A stretch of 58,169 nucleotides of DNA, the filler included, from Catajapyx aquilonaris (lineage: Eukaryota): assembly GCA_000934665.2 (NCBI GenBank). It is 3 parts of 3 records of this genome, joined end to end, with 100 filler letters (N's around TTAATTAATTAA, not from the genome) between each part and the next. Parts side by side here need not be neighbours in the genome. Positions count along the whole stretch, not along the records: positions 19,439 to 38,769 come from JYFJ02006485.1; positions 38,870 to 58,169 come from JYFJ02006486.1; 1 more part is not named here. One strand, written 5' to 3'. A program made the translations under genes and the position numbers. A model generated the notes under the pieces. That model was not told the origin of the DNA. It made no database searches and worked only from the letters and a program-made list of their open reading frames with translations. Shown piece after piece: positions 24,340 through 39,029 of the stretch. The first letter of the stretch is position 1. Each line of letters opens with the position of its first letter.

Positions 24340-27300
24340 GTAAGTCTAGAGGGTTTATTCTTGGCGTAATACCACACTGGCATTTTCCACTGCATTTTCT
24401 AGGATAGACACCGAGGTAGACGCCCATGCATATTTTAGGTGCCATCGAACCGACGTCTACAGTATTTAGCTGATAAGTTGATATTTTCATTGCGTGATTC
24501 AGTTTTAATGTGTCACGGAGGCAGATGTATCATCTTATGTGTCATGTCAGTATTTTATGAATTTAGCCATATAAGATAGATAGCAGACCCACACCATGAT
24601 TCTTTTGTCTTTTCCCAGAATGGTGCCTAATCATTTTATTAAATATGCATTAGCTTAAACTGTGGCTACCAATATTTTATGATATTTTGCTTAACCGACA
24701 TCAAAGGTGCAATGTGAGATGCCACTCGTGTGTTTAAAAAAATCCACATCAGGTCTTAGAAGTTTACGTTATGGCAACAACTGCTAGTAGGCCATGAGGC
24801 ATATATAGCGTGTTCAGAAAGTCATCAGATCCATATCAGTGAACATCCGACTCAAGTTGGCATTCTGGTTGCGCTTGCGTTCTGCGTTTCTTCATCCAAT
24901 ACGCCTACTTTTTTGAAAGCATAATACCCTTCGTCCTCTCCTTTTCAAGATAAAGATATGAATGCTATTGGTAGCTCGCTTTATGTTAAAATACATGAGC
25001 CGCTTTATTTTGTCACTCCATACTTTTCAACCAGCCTATCCTGCAGTGTGTGGATCTAAGAATAAGAAAGGACTTGAGACCTTTCCGGAGGAACAGAAAC
25101 GGATGTGTGCAGTGCAAACAGCATTTCTTAAGAGATTGGTTACGATCCCAAATATGGGATTTGAGCTGGCCCACGTTGCTATACCCGCTTTTGAGTATGC
25201 CATGACATGTAGGGGACATTTTGATGACGATATTGACAGATTTGAGGCTGTCGTGTACACCTTTAGCGGATAACGTGCACGTTGCCATTGTTGCATAAGA
25301 TGAGGACAAAAGGCTACGTACTGTACCGTGTATCAATCGATAGTTGAAATGGTGCCACATATACTGGTCTGTGATATTTGCGTTTCTAAATTTTTCGATA
25401 TTCTGAGATTCTGTTGCAACGAATGGTATCCAGTGAAGTGACCTTTCACACGCAAGGGCTCCACGTTGATGCTAATGAATCTAAGTGCTCTTGAGCAATA
25501 AAGACTTTGCGCCTTTCATTACACTAGACTTCCCACTCACGTTGCGCGAGACTACGGTCGCGACATTCTCAGGGTTATAATATAGGCATCCGTGATAATG
25601 ATCCTTCTAGTTATATCATAATCTAACATCAGACGAAGGAAGTAATATTTCGACATATTTTTATTGTACATATGCGCACTATAGTTATAGCTTTACTGTG
25701 ACGCTGAATAGCGCAGTTTAGCACATTTCGTCTAGCAAATTGCTCACTGTTTGACTTCACTGATCTATTCTCAGAAAGTCAATTCGCAATTTAGCAACAT
25801 TATTTGTGAGCGTCAGCAAATGCGTATGCCGTAGTATCAGCAGTAACATGTGATTACTATAAAAAAGTTTTATAGTTACTAAAAAAATTCATGTGGCTAC
25901 TACAGGTCAGGGTGCATACTAACCAGTAGCAGCCTATACAGTTGGGTCAGCACTCAAAATGAACAGGTCGTGCACACTGCCAATAGCGAGGAATTGCCTA
26001 CCACACGGTGGTATACCGTGCATAATAGATTATACTGTGGAAGATGCCGCACTCAGCGAAATACATATGGCGCTGCCTATCATGTAGATAGGCATATTTT
26101 ATACGTGACATACCATGTTTGATCAGCAGCATGCATGCAGGTTTGAAGTGCTCCAAGTCCGCCTGCGGCAGCAGAATCTAAACCGTATTCTGAGCAGGAA
26201 AGCTTACACCCGACATAATCAATAGCATAGAATGGTATACGCATCAGCCATGCAACAGCGGTAACAATACAGCCTGTAAGTTTAGCGAACGATCCGTCGA
26301 CGTAAGCCGTATACAGTTTCATCATTTGTTCAAAAAAAATGGATATGCCCAGTTGTGCTTTATACATGCATTACGAGATGTTTTTTTTGTACAATTGGCG
26401 AATTTTTGTGGATCTCTGATAATCTGGTATAGGTTGATCAATCCAGTACCTGGTCTTTAAGTGTTTGAGGTTAACACGTGCCGTTGAATGAATGTGTTCG
26501 TTTCAAGAGGTGTTGGGAGAGCACCATTATTCCGGATCGAAAAGTCAACTCCAATTTCCTTGGATGCGCTATTCAAAATGGCCATGGGCCATTTAGGGAC
26601 CCCTTTTGGCAGATTTGACATTGCCTTTAATTGCCAAATTGTCGGCTGCCTTTGTGCTCGTTTATCGGCGTTGCAATACGTTTTCGGGACATGCATGCGC
26701 TTGATTGGATAGACACAGGCACACTTCCCAATAATAATCAGGTATCGAAGCAATGTGTGCTAGTATGTTCTAAATAACCATGGGGTGTGTGGTAGAGGAC
26801 TGTCAGTCCTGTGCAAAAAGGATTGAGTAAATGAGACTGCTTGACCCAGGCTTATCCTTTTAACAAGGGTGATTTTCTCACCGCACGCGCCTGTAAATGA
26901 CAGCGTCAGATGTCGGTGTCACAGTTAAACAACTGGCTGGAAAAAGAAGAGCGATTTATATACTTTCTGCTGTCTAACAGGGAGCGTTTACCCACTCAAT
27001 TTCTAACTGAATTTAATTCAATAATTTATCTCCCATTTGCGACTATACGCTCCAGTATACGTATACCTACTAATTCTCTTATCTATTCCATTGCATTTAA
27101 GTTGAATAATTGAACTATAGAAACCTAGCTAGGTGTGTATATACGGCTGGATGAGCCTATGGTAGGATCTTACAGTATACGCGATTAGGATGCTGCATCT
27201 GTGGATGAAGTGGTGGGCCATAAGGCCCGTAGGGAATTTCCAGGCGGAACTTTGCCTACCATTGGCGTCAATGCGAGTGTAAAATAGGGGCAAGGCGGAC

Positions 27301-27631
27301 AGTGACTCTTAAGACGACTTAACCTCTCAGATACTGTACTGATAGCAAACATAATGCTTATACGTCGTGCAGTGCATGCTGGCCAGGTGAGTGTTTACGA
27401 TTACTGGCAGAACTTCCGCGCTGGGACTGATATGGTAGAGACTAGAGAGTGATATAGGCACCGGTTCCCTTGAAATTTCCTGTACAGGACTTATAGCACA
27501 CCATGCTGGGTCGCATGGCTGGGATAGTATATGTGTCATTATTTTCACAAAAAGGTTTTGTCCAGTTTGTCAGCACTCCAGTGCCGATGATTGTATCGCA
27601 CCAGGATCTGACTGTAACATGTTTTGATAGA

Positions 27632-28150
27632 TACAAGGGGGAGTTCAAAAAGTTTTGTACCCGACCATTAAGCAATGCACCTACGTCCTACAGACATGAA
27701 AGTAAACATGCTCATATTTTCATCGCGCTGAAGCATGCCATGGTACAATCTTACGAAAATTGAGTCGGTGTGTTGAGCTTACTAGACGAGTGAAGGTGAC
27801 CCTACCCTGTGTAATCATGGATCGAAGAAACTGGAGTTGCGCGCACCGTGATGAAATTCTTGGTAAGGTAATACGCCATCTGAGGTTCATGAGGAGATAG
27901 AGCTGTTTATGGCTCAATCAGGGAACAAATCAAATATCGAGAGTTCAAGTGACGACATTAGAAGATTGCCCCCGCGCTTTAATGTGGAAAGTGTCAGTTC
28001 TTGTACTTAAAGGCAGGATAATCAAAGTTCCTCAAATTGCGCTAGAGGTTGACATTTCTGTGGGGAGTGTGATGTCCATCATTCAGGGTCATCAATTTGT
28101 GTCTGAGGTCAGTTCGCGTTGGGTACCCCGCATGCTGACAGAGTCACTTG
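27632..28150 (+). mobile_element. mariner transposon 5' fossil
   Basis: TIR-like TACAAGGGGGAGTTCAAAAGTTT, followed by translation ...IALEVDISVGSVMSII...VSSRWVPRMLT (mariner HTH plus WVPHEL-type linker motif). Confidence 0.85.
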
Positions 28151-28957
28151 TGCGCAGGAGAACTTGGAATGCCGGGAAAACGCTCAGACCACCCTTTCCG
28201 TGGTGAACATAACCCTCTGATGATTGTTGGATGTTGTCCCTTATTCTTCAAGACCTTTGTAACAGCTCACAACTCCAGATTCTTCCCCACGAATTTATCC
28301 GGTAAGGTCAGCATCACACATCCACTTATCTGTTGAGATAAGTGGATATGTATCAAAGTATTGTGGTAGAAATTACATGGCTCTTTATTTTCATGTAACT
28401 TACAGTATATTGGTTTAGTGCTTCATGGTCATGTTAAAAAAAAAGATCATCCACCCCTTGACTGACCCTACATATTGTATAGGCTACCACCATGTATTTC
28501 TGTTTCCCATTTTGCGCTACACAGAATAGATCACCAACAGACACTCTAAGCCTGTGTATCAAAGTTCGCTCTTGCTTTCACGAGCTGTGGAATCGGAAAC
28601 CAAGGGTAATTCACGGAGAGCCACTCATATGAGGGGCCCCTACAAACTCGTCCTGTTGTACAGTATTCGCATAACTGCAGCCGGGTGACACAAGGTATGC
28701 CTGCACAGGGCGTTCCAGGTGAACTGTCCAGTTCTAGTTATCGAAATTTTGACACTAAGCCCTATATATAACGCCTAAAAGTAATTGTTCGCAAGTAAAA
28801 TAAGCCGCTTAGCCAAATATTGCTATCGAAAGAGGGCAATTCAGTATGTTTGGATTTGTCACTTGAATCGAAGTTTGTTTGCCCGCAGCACTATACGGGA
28901 TGATTGCGTCAGTGCTCATTTCGCAGTAACAGAGCACGGTTTCTGTGCCTGTGTCAG

Positions 28958-29690
28958 AAATTAATCCTCTCTCCGAATGAAACGGTGCACAAAACTACAT
29001 GTGTAGTCGTGTCAGGTAAGGAAATAATATATTGTGACAGCAGCTGAAAACACCGCAGGGGTTATAGCGCACAACAGCAGGAGGACTAATCGAGGCTCGA
29101 TTTTGCGTTCATTTCAGTCAGCAAGAGAGCTCCACCACCACAGTCCTCTCCAGCCGTCTCGTCCTCTTCGTCCGGTTCTCCACCTCCAGCCCTGATAGTC
29201 CCGAAGACATCCACGGAGACCAACAAAGTCGAGGAGGAGGAGGAGGAAGCATCCTGGTCGTCCTCATCGTCCTCTCCTTGTGACGATGCAGCCTCCTCAC
29301 CTGGTGGCGGCTGCAGTCGCACCACCCCTCTGCCACCTGGCGCCTTCTTCCGAGGAGGAAAATGCGGCGCTGGTGGTGGACACCTACCATTGCTTCCTCC
29401 TCATGCTCTTCTTCCTTCCCATTCTGCTCCTCCTGCTCTATCTGCTTCTTCGTCACCATCGTCATCAGGAGGAACGCACCTCGCGGCCTTATCCCAGCAA
29501 CTACTGCTGCCTACCTCTTCGTCCGTCGACAACGCTTCTTCTTCCGCCTCCTCGTCCTCCACTTCCGCCGCCTACCTGCGACCCGACCCACGGCCAGAAT
29601 CCAGCGCCAAGAGGAAGGGCAGCGGCGGGGGCGGTGCCGTGTACCTCCCAGGAGCAGAAGGGCCTACCGTCACGCAACATACCACACAGG
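28958..29690 (+). CDS. Candidate exons (28958-29015, 29118-29690) of an unidentified gene; Ser/Pro/Gly-rich low-complexity protein
   Basis: 573-nt GC-rich open exon between ATTTCAG| and |GTCAGT (phase 1 to phase 1). It is preceded by a 58-nt open exon ending |GTAAGG in compatible phase. Confidence 0.5.
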
Positions 29691-32600
29691 GTCAGTCATG
29701 CTATCATTTGTCGATCTACTAATTGCGGGGCTGTCCATCATTTTGGGCGAAGGGAGCCAACCCCGCGCGTTACGGTGCGTTTGTTGCGTACGCGTTACGT
29801 AATGCCAACCGCGTCACGTGAATTGAACCTATACTTTCGGCCGGTTGCGTGAAGGTGGTCTCGATTCGCACAGTCCATACTGAAGATGACGTTCTTTTGA
29901 CGCATGACTCACCCAGAGTTATCCGGGCAGTTATTATCAGCAAATCAGCTTGTAATCGGATTCTGTGGCTTGATAGATGAATCTTTTTCGATTCTGACAT
30001 TTTGAGCGATAATCTGAGGCCTTCATATTTCGGGATCTATCCAGGCACAATTTCCGTCGTCATCTCAGTTTTTGGCCAATAGTGGATCTACTCCTGGACG
30101 ACAGGCTTTCATTTATGAATGGGCCCTGATTGATCGGCTGATCGATTAATTCCATGCTGCTTTCATACACCCAAGCCCAAGCCCAAGCCATCCCCCTGGT
30201 CTTCGAACGTGTATGAAGCTGAGGATGAGGTACTAAATAACGACCAGTAAGGTCGTAACGGGCTCAATCCCACTACATAGCTGGCCCAGGTTCTCAACCA
30301 GCGTCCCGTGGGCTACTGGCCAAATCACTTTTCTATTCTTTGCCCTACATAAACTCTGCATGACTGTATTATGTATAACAAGGTAATATAGTTTTATCGT
30401 GCGCAGTATACGTGCTTCTGATGAAGCGTTGGGAGGCTGCTGCCATCGACAATGTATAGTGTGACGGTTGAATCGCCTGTGAGAGCTCTATATACACACA
30501 CCTATCTCGCCTCCACTTGGCTGATGTGATTATTTGCACGTATTCCTTTGTCGGAATTGAGCCGACTCGTAGGAGAGGCAAGCTTTGGGTCCGCGTTTGG
30601 GTCGCACTCACATGACCCATAATTCAGTTCTTTGAAGTTTGCTGTAGTGTACGTTTGTATGTGACATTACTTGCCTCATGCGATGACGTACAGTATGGGC
30701 AGGAATCAGGACACCTTTCGCTGCCTGTTGTTCATTAATAAGAAAGTATTAGTCATATTAAAAGTGGTTCAAGTAAGTGAAAATTCAGCTGTCTCCGACC
30801 ACATGGACGTTTGTGCCGAATGAATTGCGGTTTCTCTTACAGGGAAATTCTGTGACTGGTCGACTCGAGTACATTATACGTAGCCTGGAATTTTTGCGGG
30901 TATAAGAACTGGTTATTAAGAGTTCCCAGCAGCCTTGTTCTGGTTTATGCGACCTGCACACGAAATGTAATTAATAACTGTAAGAGATATACTGTGGGGG
31001 ATACTAATAATTTTGTAGGGTCAGAGTCCTTTGCTTTGGCAATAATTATTTTCACAAGTCAACTGAGAAATCTATTGATCCTTCAGTCACTCGTGTTTCA
31101 GAACGTGAGGACAAAGCGAAAATATGACTAGAAAAGTACCTGTAGGCTATAGACTACGTGTAAAGTTACATTCAACAATGTTAACTCCGGGTATAATAGG
31201 CCTATAACTTAAAATTTTACTGTAGTTGAGCCAGTTCAAGCGTCAAGAGTATTTGAGCTCATAAAAATATAAGTGTCATCTGGGTTATTAATTATATTAC
31301 CCTACTGCTTGTACAGACATCGTAGTTCCTGCAGGACAAAACTGTAGCGCATACATTCCATGCAATTTCTCATCAGTGTACTCCACAACTTGCAGAGCAA
31401 GCTACTTTATTTTTCTCCTTTGTCGGATTCTTTACAGACCATTGTCATATTTTCAAAGGGAAGAATTTCACATTTCATACTGTATTATCTTATGATACAG
31501 TATGAAATGTTTGGCCAATATCAAATTTCCATTTTTAAAAAGGTAACAAGTCAGTGGCAAGGCAGGAGAAATTCTATTAGAGTGCTGACCCACCGCCTTA
31601 TCATAATGCCACCCCAACCTAAACGCAATAACTTAAGACGACAATAGGCTCCCAGTTGTCACGTCATGCATTTGGCACAAGGTACTTCGGATATTATTCT
31701 AAGCACCATATGACAACTCCGCATCTTTGCTACTTACCATATCTCTCGAAGTTATCACGTTTGGCTTCGGGTAAGGGTAGAATTCAGATAAGGCGGTGGG
31801 TGGGAGATGACCTATACATTATGTAATGTATGTATGTAAATAACGTAAAATGAGTATAACATTAATAAGCCTGACTGCACACGACCCTAATTTAATCAGA
31901 TCCTGCAGTTATTCAATGTTCTGGCCTCTAACTCCGAACCTTTCCAGCACATGCAGTACAGTGAATAAAATGATGCGATTTGCTCCACAATTGCCACGAC
32001 AAAAAAAAAAAAAAATACGTACGCTTTGGTAGCGACCAGAAAATTAACGTGAACGTCAGTTATGAAATAGGGTGTGTGCAGGAAGCACTGAAGCCACTCC
32101 GGATATTACTGCCGTCACTTATCGTCGTATATCGCAACATACGAGCAATTTTCCTACAACTTTATTTACATGCAAAATTCCATATTTAAAAACAGTTTAT
32201 TAAGTTCACATTTGGCATGCAATTGCCTGCAGCGATCATAATTGTTCATTTTATTCCATCACATAGCTCTTGTGTTATGTGACATGTAACCCTTCCCAGG
32301 TTCATCCGAGGTATTTCACGTCATTCATACCGAATTCTTTTCTGACTTACGTTTAACCGGCTCGTAACCGGTAGCCGATCCGCTGCCTTGATAAAGGCCG
32401 TATCTTTGACAACGTTCGTATACAGAGCCAGGTTCCATCGCAGGAGATGGGGAAGGAAGCAATCCGGTAAACACCCCCCTCCCCCCCCCCCCCNCCCCCG
32501 AGTGGGCGGTTGTCACAAAAAGGGCATAACCAGCTCTAATGTATGGGCATCCGAAGGTCAGCTTCCCAAAAGACTGAGAACGTCGACCGGGCAGTATGTA

Positions 32601-32876
32601 CATGAGAATGCCGGCCTTCAAATCAGGTTCAGGTTAGCTGTTGTGAAAAGCCAGGTTGTTCACTGTCACCAGAGGGCTGGACCTGTATGTACTTGACAAC
32701 CTGCCTTTGGTCCCTCGATTGATTAATTATTACCTCATCTCAAAAGTAAGGAGCCTTTGGCCGGACATTTTAAAATAATTTCTCATAAAAATCATATGCA
32801 CCATTGTATTGCATGATTTTAAATGCTGACCATGGCCGATACGCGCTGACATACCCAACACGGATATGTATAAGCG

Positions 32877-33107
32877 CAGCGGTTCCCAGCCTGTGGGTCG
32901 CGAAGCCTTTTCCGGGGGGTCGCGCGTGGCCGCGGTTATTTTTCTAAATTAAAAAAATAACTAAAATTAAAAAAAATAAATGTAATAAATTGTATAGGAA
33001 ATTTCATCGCGGGTTTTTCAACACCTAACACTCGAGGGGGGGGGGGGGGGTCGCAGGTTACTGGACTATCATAAAAGGGGGTTTCCACCCGAAGTTGGGA
33101 ACCACTG
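32877..33107. mobile_element. hAT-type MITE
   Basis: TIRs CAGCGGTTCCCA and TGGGAACCACTG with internal GGGTCGC motifs. Same terminal class as 20004-20310, with a degenerate TSD. Confidence 0.7.
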
Positions 33108-34961
33108 GTATATGGGCCCATCACGCTCACCGTACCCCCACATGTCACGCTTAGCAGACCCCTCTTTACCCGCGTCACGATCCGTCACGCTGGCGTCAAC
33201 ACCCCCTATCTCGTACCGTTGTAGCGTAACGTTCTTCATGATCAGTCCCATACCTCATGGCCTCCGGTACCCCCAGTTGACATACAAAATTCCGATTATA
33301 TTGCACGATCGTATCATCATTAATATTAATCACTAAATGAAGCGCATATTCGCTGTTTCCTGTGTGTGTGTATATGAGGCTTTCGGTCCTAGCCGCGGCT
33401 CTGATTGATGGGTTTCAACCGCAACTGCCCAAAGACAGCGACCCCGTGTGAACTCAACTCAAGGTGTCGTCTAGGATCCATCAGGTGATGATATAGCCGT
33501 ACCCCGAAGCGACAAACCTTCGAGTTTAAAAAAAAAAGTAGCTTTCAAACAACTAGCAATAAAGTTCGATCGATGCTAGCCGCGCCACAGGCTGTACCGC
33601 CCGTTCTGGCTACGTCAACCGGCTGCCAGAAGGAATGATCCAGCCCGTACAACAACGTCACCAGTCCCATGTGTATACTAGGGGAGAGGGGCCAAGTACG
33701 CTCAGAGCTGACAAGAGAGATGCCATCCATGCAGCACGGAACAAACATTCCCTTCGAGGTCGACTCAACCCTCCTTCCAAAGAAAGTACCTGCGTCACCA
33801 GAGCAAATCTCACTTATGACCGGTTCTAGACTACCCACATCCTAGAGACTACTACAATAATATAACTCCCCTGCACAGCACAGCGCACACTGCACAGAAT
33901 AAATTCGCTTCGGTAATGGCTTTTTAACGATCTGGCAGAGGAAGGTGCAGACTGGTGGTGGGGGAGAGACTGGTGGGGGCGAAGGACAAAGAGGGAAGAA
34001 GAAGAAGGGGGGAGCTGCAGCATGGGGGGAGAGCCAGGGATGGGGAGGAGCCCGCCACGGGTGCAACATTGTGACAACCAAGTCCACCAGGGAAAGGAAG
34101 AAAGGAAAAGCAGACTCATGCTCATTCCCTGCATTATTATTCTGTGGATGGCCCATCCTGTCGATGCCTGAGTTTACTATATTGTCAAGAGCAAGATGGC
34201 GACTCGTAGTTCAGTGGGTAACCACTGGTGTCTCTAGGAGCAACTGGTGATAGTCTATCAAGGGTCACTAGACCGGTGATGTCTCGACATTTGTAAGAAA
34301 TTTGTGATGATTGGGAATTTGGGATTGGTGATGATGTCGTTGGATTCATCGGGTGTACACTGGTTTCATTCAGTTAGTGGGATGTCGAAGGGAGAGGGAG
34401 CTACTGGTATCGCAAATCGCGCCTCCCCTGCATGCATTTCACGCCATAATGAATACAAATTTTGCGTGGCACGCCAATCACCCGGTTAATAATTGATAAA
34501 ATTCCTCGGTTCGGATGCTGCATTTGGTACGGGCCAGTTCGCCATCATAATATTGCGCGGGGGCAAAATCAAGCAAAGATTTGATTCTGTAGCTTGTTTG
34601 CTTCTACGGGGAAAATTAAATGAGTAATGTATCGATGTATGTTAGGCTATTAATATGATTCAAAGTGACCGCTGCGGATACATGTGCGGGTATTTAAAAA
34701 ATTTAGATTCAGACCATGGCGCACGAAAGATTTTTCCTTTGGTGTGTCCGCACTCCATCTTGAATCTTGAATGGGACAGGGGGGGAGAGTGTGCTTATAA
34801 CTTAATTTGTTATAGTACAGAAATAATTTGGGCTTGCAGAAATCTGTGTCCAGGGAACCCCTGCTGGCGTTGTCGCACTAAAAATACGTCGGGGTAAATA
34901 TAGGTTTGTGTTGGACCAGGAAGCATAGTTTTGTGACGGGCCATTGAGATTTCGGCCTTAA

Positions 34962-35038
34962 GGGCCGGTTGTATGAATATCAGTGAAGGATAACCACAGA
35001 TTTCGTATGTACACCTGCAGTAAATGTAAAACCGGCCC
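34962..35038. mobile_element. Tiny PIF/Harbinger-like MITE
   Basis: TAA|GGGCCGGTT...AACCGGCCC|TAA. Confidence 0.6.
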
Positions 35039-38000
35039 TAAGTAGCAACCAGTTTTATGCAGTGGAAAAAATTTAACGGGGGGTATAGCGGAAACTGAAT
35101 ATTCTCAATGCTACACAAGCGACAGTTGCATTTAGATAGCCACAATTTAAGCAGATGTGTAATAATGAGCGCTTTTTTTGAACAAAAACAAATATTCTTA
35201 AGATATGTGAACGTACAGAAATTTTTACCTATTTTTAAAACACAATGTCCGAAAACATAATGTGCAGAGTGAGGCAGGTCCTGTTTCACTGTCAGCAAAG
35301 TCCCCACCTTGCGCGTAGAGTCAACGTCGAAGAGTCTTGCAAAACCCCTTAATCCTTCCATCAACTCCAGCCTCTTGCCAAGTGACTAGACCACCTCTTA
35401 GGTCCACAGAAAAACTTCTGGCCCAGTGTTACGTGCACGTACAGGACGTTTCTAAACCTACCGGTGCGACGACTCCTGTTCCTGAACCTACTGGTATAGC
35501 TTCGTCATTCCGCGAGTTTTTTTTTTCATTTGTTCTTTTTGAGGTATTACTGTACTTGTACAACGATTACTATGCATCTGCGATCTCATTCAGTGGCTGA
35601 GGGTGCATCTTTTGGGATTCTCCACTTTTCTGGAGAGTCTCACGTCACGCGAGAAGATTCGAGACAAACGGTTGGCTGGAATCCTCCTTTGTTGTGTCAT
35701 CCGTGACGTCAGCTCTCCCTCTCCAGAAAATGGAGAACCAAAATATAAGACAAAAATGAAAGAACGTTATTCTTATTGAATTACCCTCATAATATAGAGG
35801 TAATGACATCATAGTGCAATAAATGCTCCTTCTGTAAAAGAAAATATGATCTGTAGGCCTACTACGTATATTATCACGGAATCCAGCAATTTGGGAAGTT
35901 GTTTTTGTAGTAGGCGCATTGCATCCACGTGGGCACGCATCTCACACGCATCCATAATGTAGCGATCACTGATCTCTAATATACATACTGCATTGCGCAT
36001 AGGCGGTGTCTTACTCTGGTTTTGGCAGCCATATTGAGACACGAAATAGAATCGATTGTACATTACTCGGATCAATATTGCGTGTAAGTGCCGTATTTTG
36101 ACTCCCATATACTTATTATTTCGTTTATATTGCATTCATATGTCCGTAAATTGCGGAAATGTGTGAAAACTGAACAAAAGGCGGTTTCAATTGGCACAAG
36201 TTGTTTACACGGCAGTGATGGGACCTGCCCCCCGCAACTCCCTATCTAGCCATACGGGGAAGGACGTAAGTTTAGTTTCCCCCCCCCCCCCCCCCCCNAA
36301 CTCCCTATCTAGCCATATGGGGAAGGGCGTGAGCTTCGTTGCGCTCCCCCCTCCGGTAGAATGTTCTATTTGGCGCTGGCGTCGCTCCACAGAGCACAAC
36401 TTTGACGTCACGTTCGGGTCACGTTCGGGCGGACGCTTTTCTGAACCGCCATGAACCATTCTTTCCAATGCAGCTGCGTCAGTAGGGAAAGTCGCATAGC
36501 CAGCCACCCGAACCAAGGCCCGAAGGAGTGCTCTGTGGTGGACGGCAGCTAAGCTCACGCACAGGGGGAGGGAGTTGCGCGACCTGAGTAATAGGCCGTG
36601 GATGGGACGCAAGTCGTATTGTATGTGAAAATATCTATTTCCACTGTTATAACTTCCTCGATAAATTAGCGGTTAATTCACTCCTCACTGTCCAAAAATG
36701 GCTATATGAGAAGCAAGAATCGGTGACAGCAATGCCCAGTTCATTACAGTAGCATTGGTTCGATCCTGTCATCTGGCCATACAAACTATGAAGTAGGCCC
36801 TAATCATTTCAAAGTTCACATCACGTGATAGGAACTAAAATTGACATGGCGGGAAAGAGTCGATTCAGCAACGCAGGGATCTGTCCCGAAAGTAAAGCAT
36901 AGCTATTAAAAATAACGAACTTTCCAATAAATATAACCTGCACCGGTGTGTCTCTCGCAATATTACGTTTACGCGCTTTTTCTAAAGGCTTTATTGATTT
37001 TTCCGTCGCATGAGGCTTGTTATAGTGGGCCATATTCCATGAAATGAATACCATTTATGGGGAATACTGATTGGTAATGCTTCATGAAGTTCTCCACTGA
37101 CCAGAAAGTGACCAGGAACATCACCGTGGAATTTGAAAGACTATATAGCCCTGTGCGTAGCCTGTAGCACCTCACTTGTTTGAATCTCGTACCACAGATT
37201 GCTCCCAGGCAGCCAAGATTTCTCCGGAAGAGGATCTCCGGACTACCTTCTGCCAACTTTAAGCCTGTGTGCTTAGGTTACGATATAAGTTACTATCGGA
37301 TGACTGGATCGCGTCCTCCGTTCCTTTGCTAGGGCTTCGGTCCCAGGTAGAATTAACGCCAACAGAGCCACCCGGAACTGCGTGGAAAGCGGTGGAAAGT
37401 GATATAGAAACGTTTCGAGGACGATTGAAAATGGCGTGTGGGTGACTATATTCTTACTACTCGTAGCCACATTGGGATCCCCAGCCTCCTGCGCACTTGA
37501 GAATCGGTCATCCATGTAGCAGGCAACTTCGTTACTTTGGCCATATAGCCAGCATGGGAAGACCGACACCGACCGAAATATTATGCAACTGGTCAAGTAT
37601 TTTGTTGTGGATGCATCTCATCAACTTTATCAGGATGAAGGAGCCATTTTGTACTTTCTGTGAAATGAGTTTATGAGCATATTCAATTAGGAATTAGGCA
37701 AGTTTCATTTGGAAAGGAATATAACAACGTGCGGCGAATTGACTGCAATAAAATACAATGTAATGCACTGTATGCTGAAAGGCGGTTCTGTAAGCTGCAT
37801 ATAGTGGTCATGGCCTGAGCCCTACCAATCATATGCCGTGATATGATATACAAGGCATGCCTATAATTTATAGGCCGTTAAGTGTAGGCTGCATAGTCGT
37901 ATACGGACACGAAGAGGATTCGGGACTTATGACGGCCTAGCCTGTAAATCAATAAAAGTATAGAATTACTCCGAATACCTATGAACTTGTTGTAACCCAA

Positions 38001-38769
38001 CTTCATATTACAGTTGCCTGCTTAAACATCAGACCGAAACAATGTAACTATAGCTACTCGTAATATGAACTAACCACTCAGTGATTCCAAGCGTGCAAAC
38101 ATGTAAGTTATGGGAATATTTATGTAATATCATTGCTCTGTCCTGCAGTAATAGATCTCCGACATTGTATGTTACAGTACAGGCAATATACTAACTGAAT
38201 GCGAGATATTGAAGCAGGAGAGTTTGAACACCCAAGACACTCTAAAATAACAGCAATACAACATACATGTCAACAAAGCCATAAATTCAGCATTGTTACG
38301 CCAGCACCAACATAGTAACATCACAGACAGCATGCGTGGCAATTGGGATTATAAACAAATTGTGTCGGTAATTTGCAGGTTTATAGCCCCTTCTTCTGTG
38401 ATTAAAAGTCTGAGCCAAATTTCAGAGTGACGTACAGCCCTTTTTTGTTGTTTAAAAAAGTCGGTGCTCTGCTTCTTTTGAAGGCACCCTATAACCTCCT
38501 GGGCATAAAATATGCATTGTTGATTGCAGCCGTGATTCCAGTGATGCCGCTAAGAAATGGGCCAAAGTCCAACGTGAGCTCAAAATTCTGAATTTGGGAA
38601 TCTGAGAGAGCCAGGATTCTGGATTGAAAAACTGCGAAAAAGAAAGCATGTCCCGGAGTCAGCAAAGACTACAGCCAAGAGCTAATAACTGAGAGCCTCC
38701 GAGTGCCCTATCCCTGCCGTATTGCTTGGTTCCCGAACCTCTCCGCGGAACTGGCGACTCCCCAGACGG

Positions 38770-38869
38770 NNNNNNNNNNNNNNNNNNNNNNNNNNNNNNN
38801 NNNNNNNNNNNNNTTAATTAATTAANNNNNNNNNNNNNNNNNNNNNNNNNNNNNNNNNNNNNNNNNNNN
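38770..38869. other. Scaffolding gap (N44-TTAATTAATTAA-N44)
   Basis: Same artificial spacer as 19339-19438. Confidence 0.97.
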
Positions 38870-39029
38870 ACTGGTGGGCTCGGCCCTCTTTCACCCTATC
38901 CTTTGCCTGATCAGGTCCTTCCTTCCTTTCTTCCTTCCTATTCCTTCTCACTGTATTTATGTATCATATTGTAATATACTAGTTTAGCCCACCCTTGTAC
39001 GTTATTCCCACCTATCCCCGACGTACCGT

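Noticed and set aside
36226..36352. Two approximately 62-bp direct repeats separated by poly-C
   Set aside because: Simple local duplication with an ambiguous base; no functional signal.
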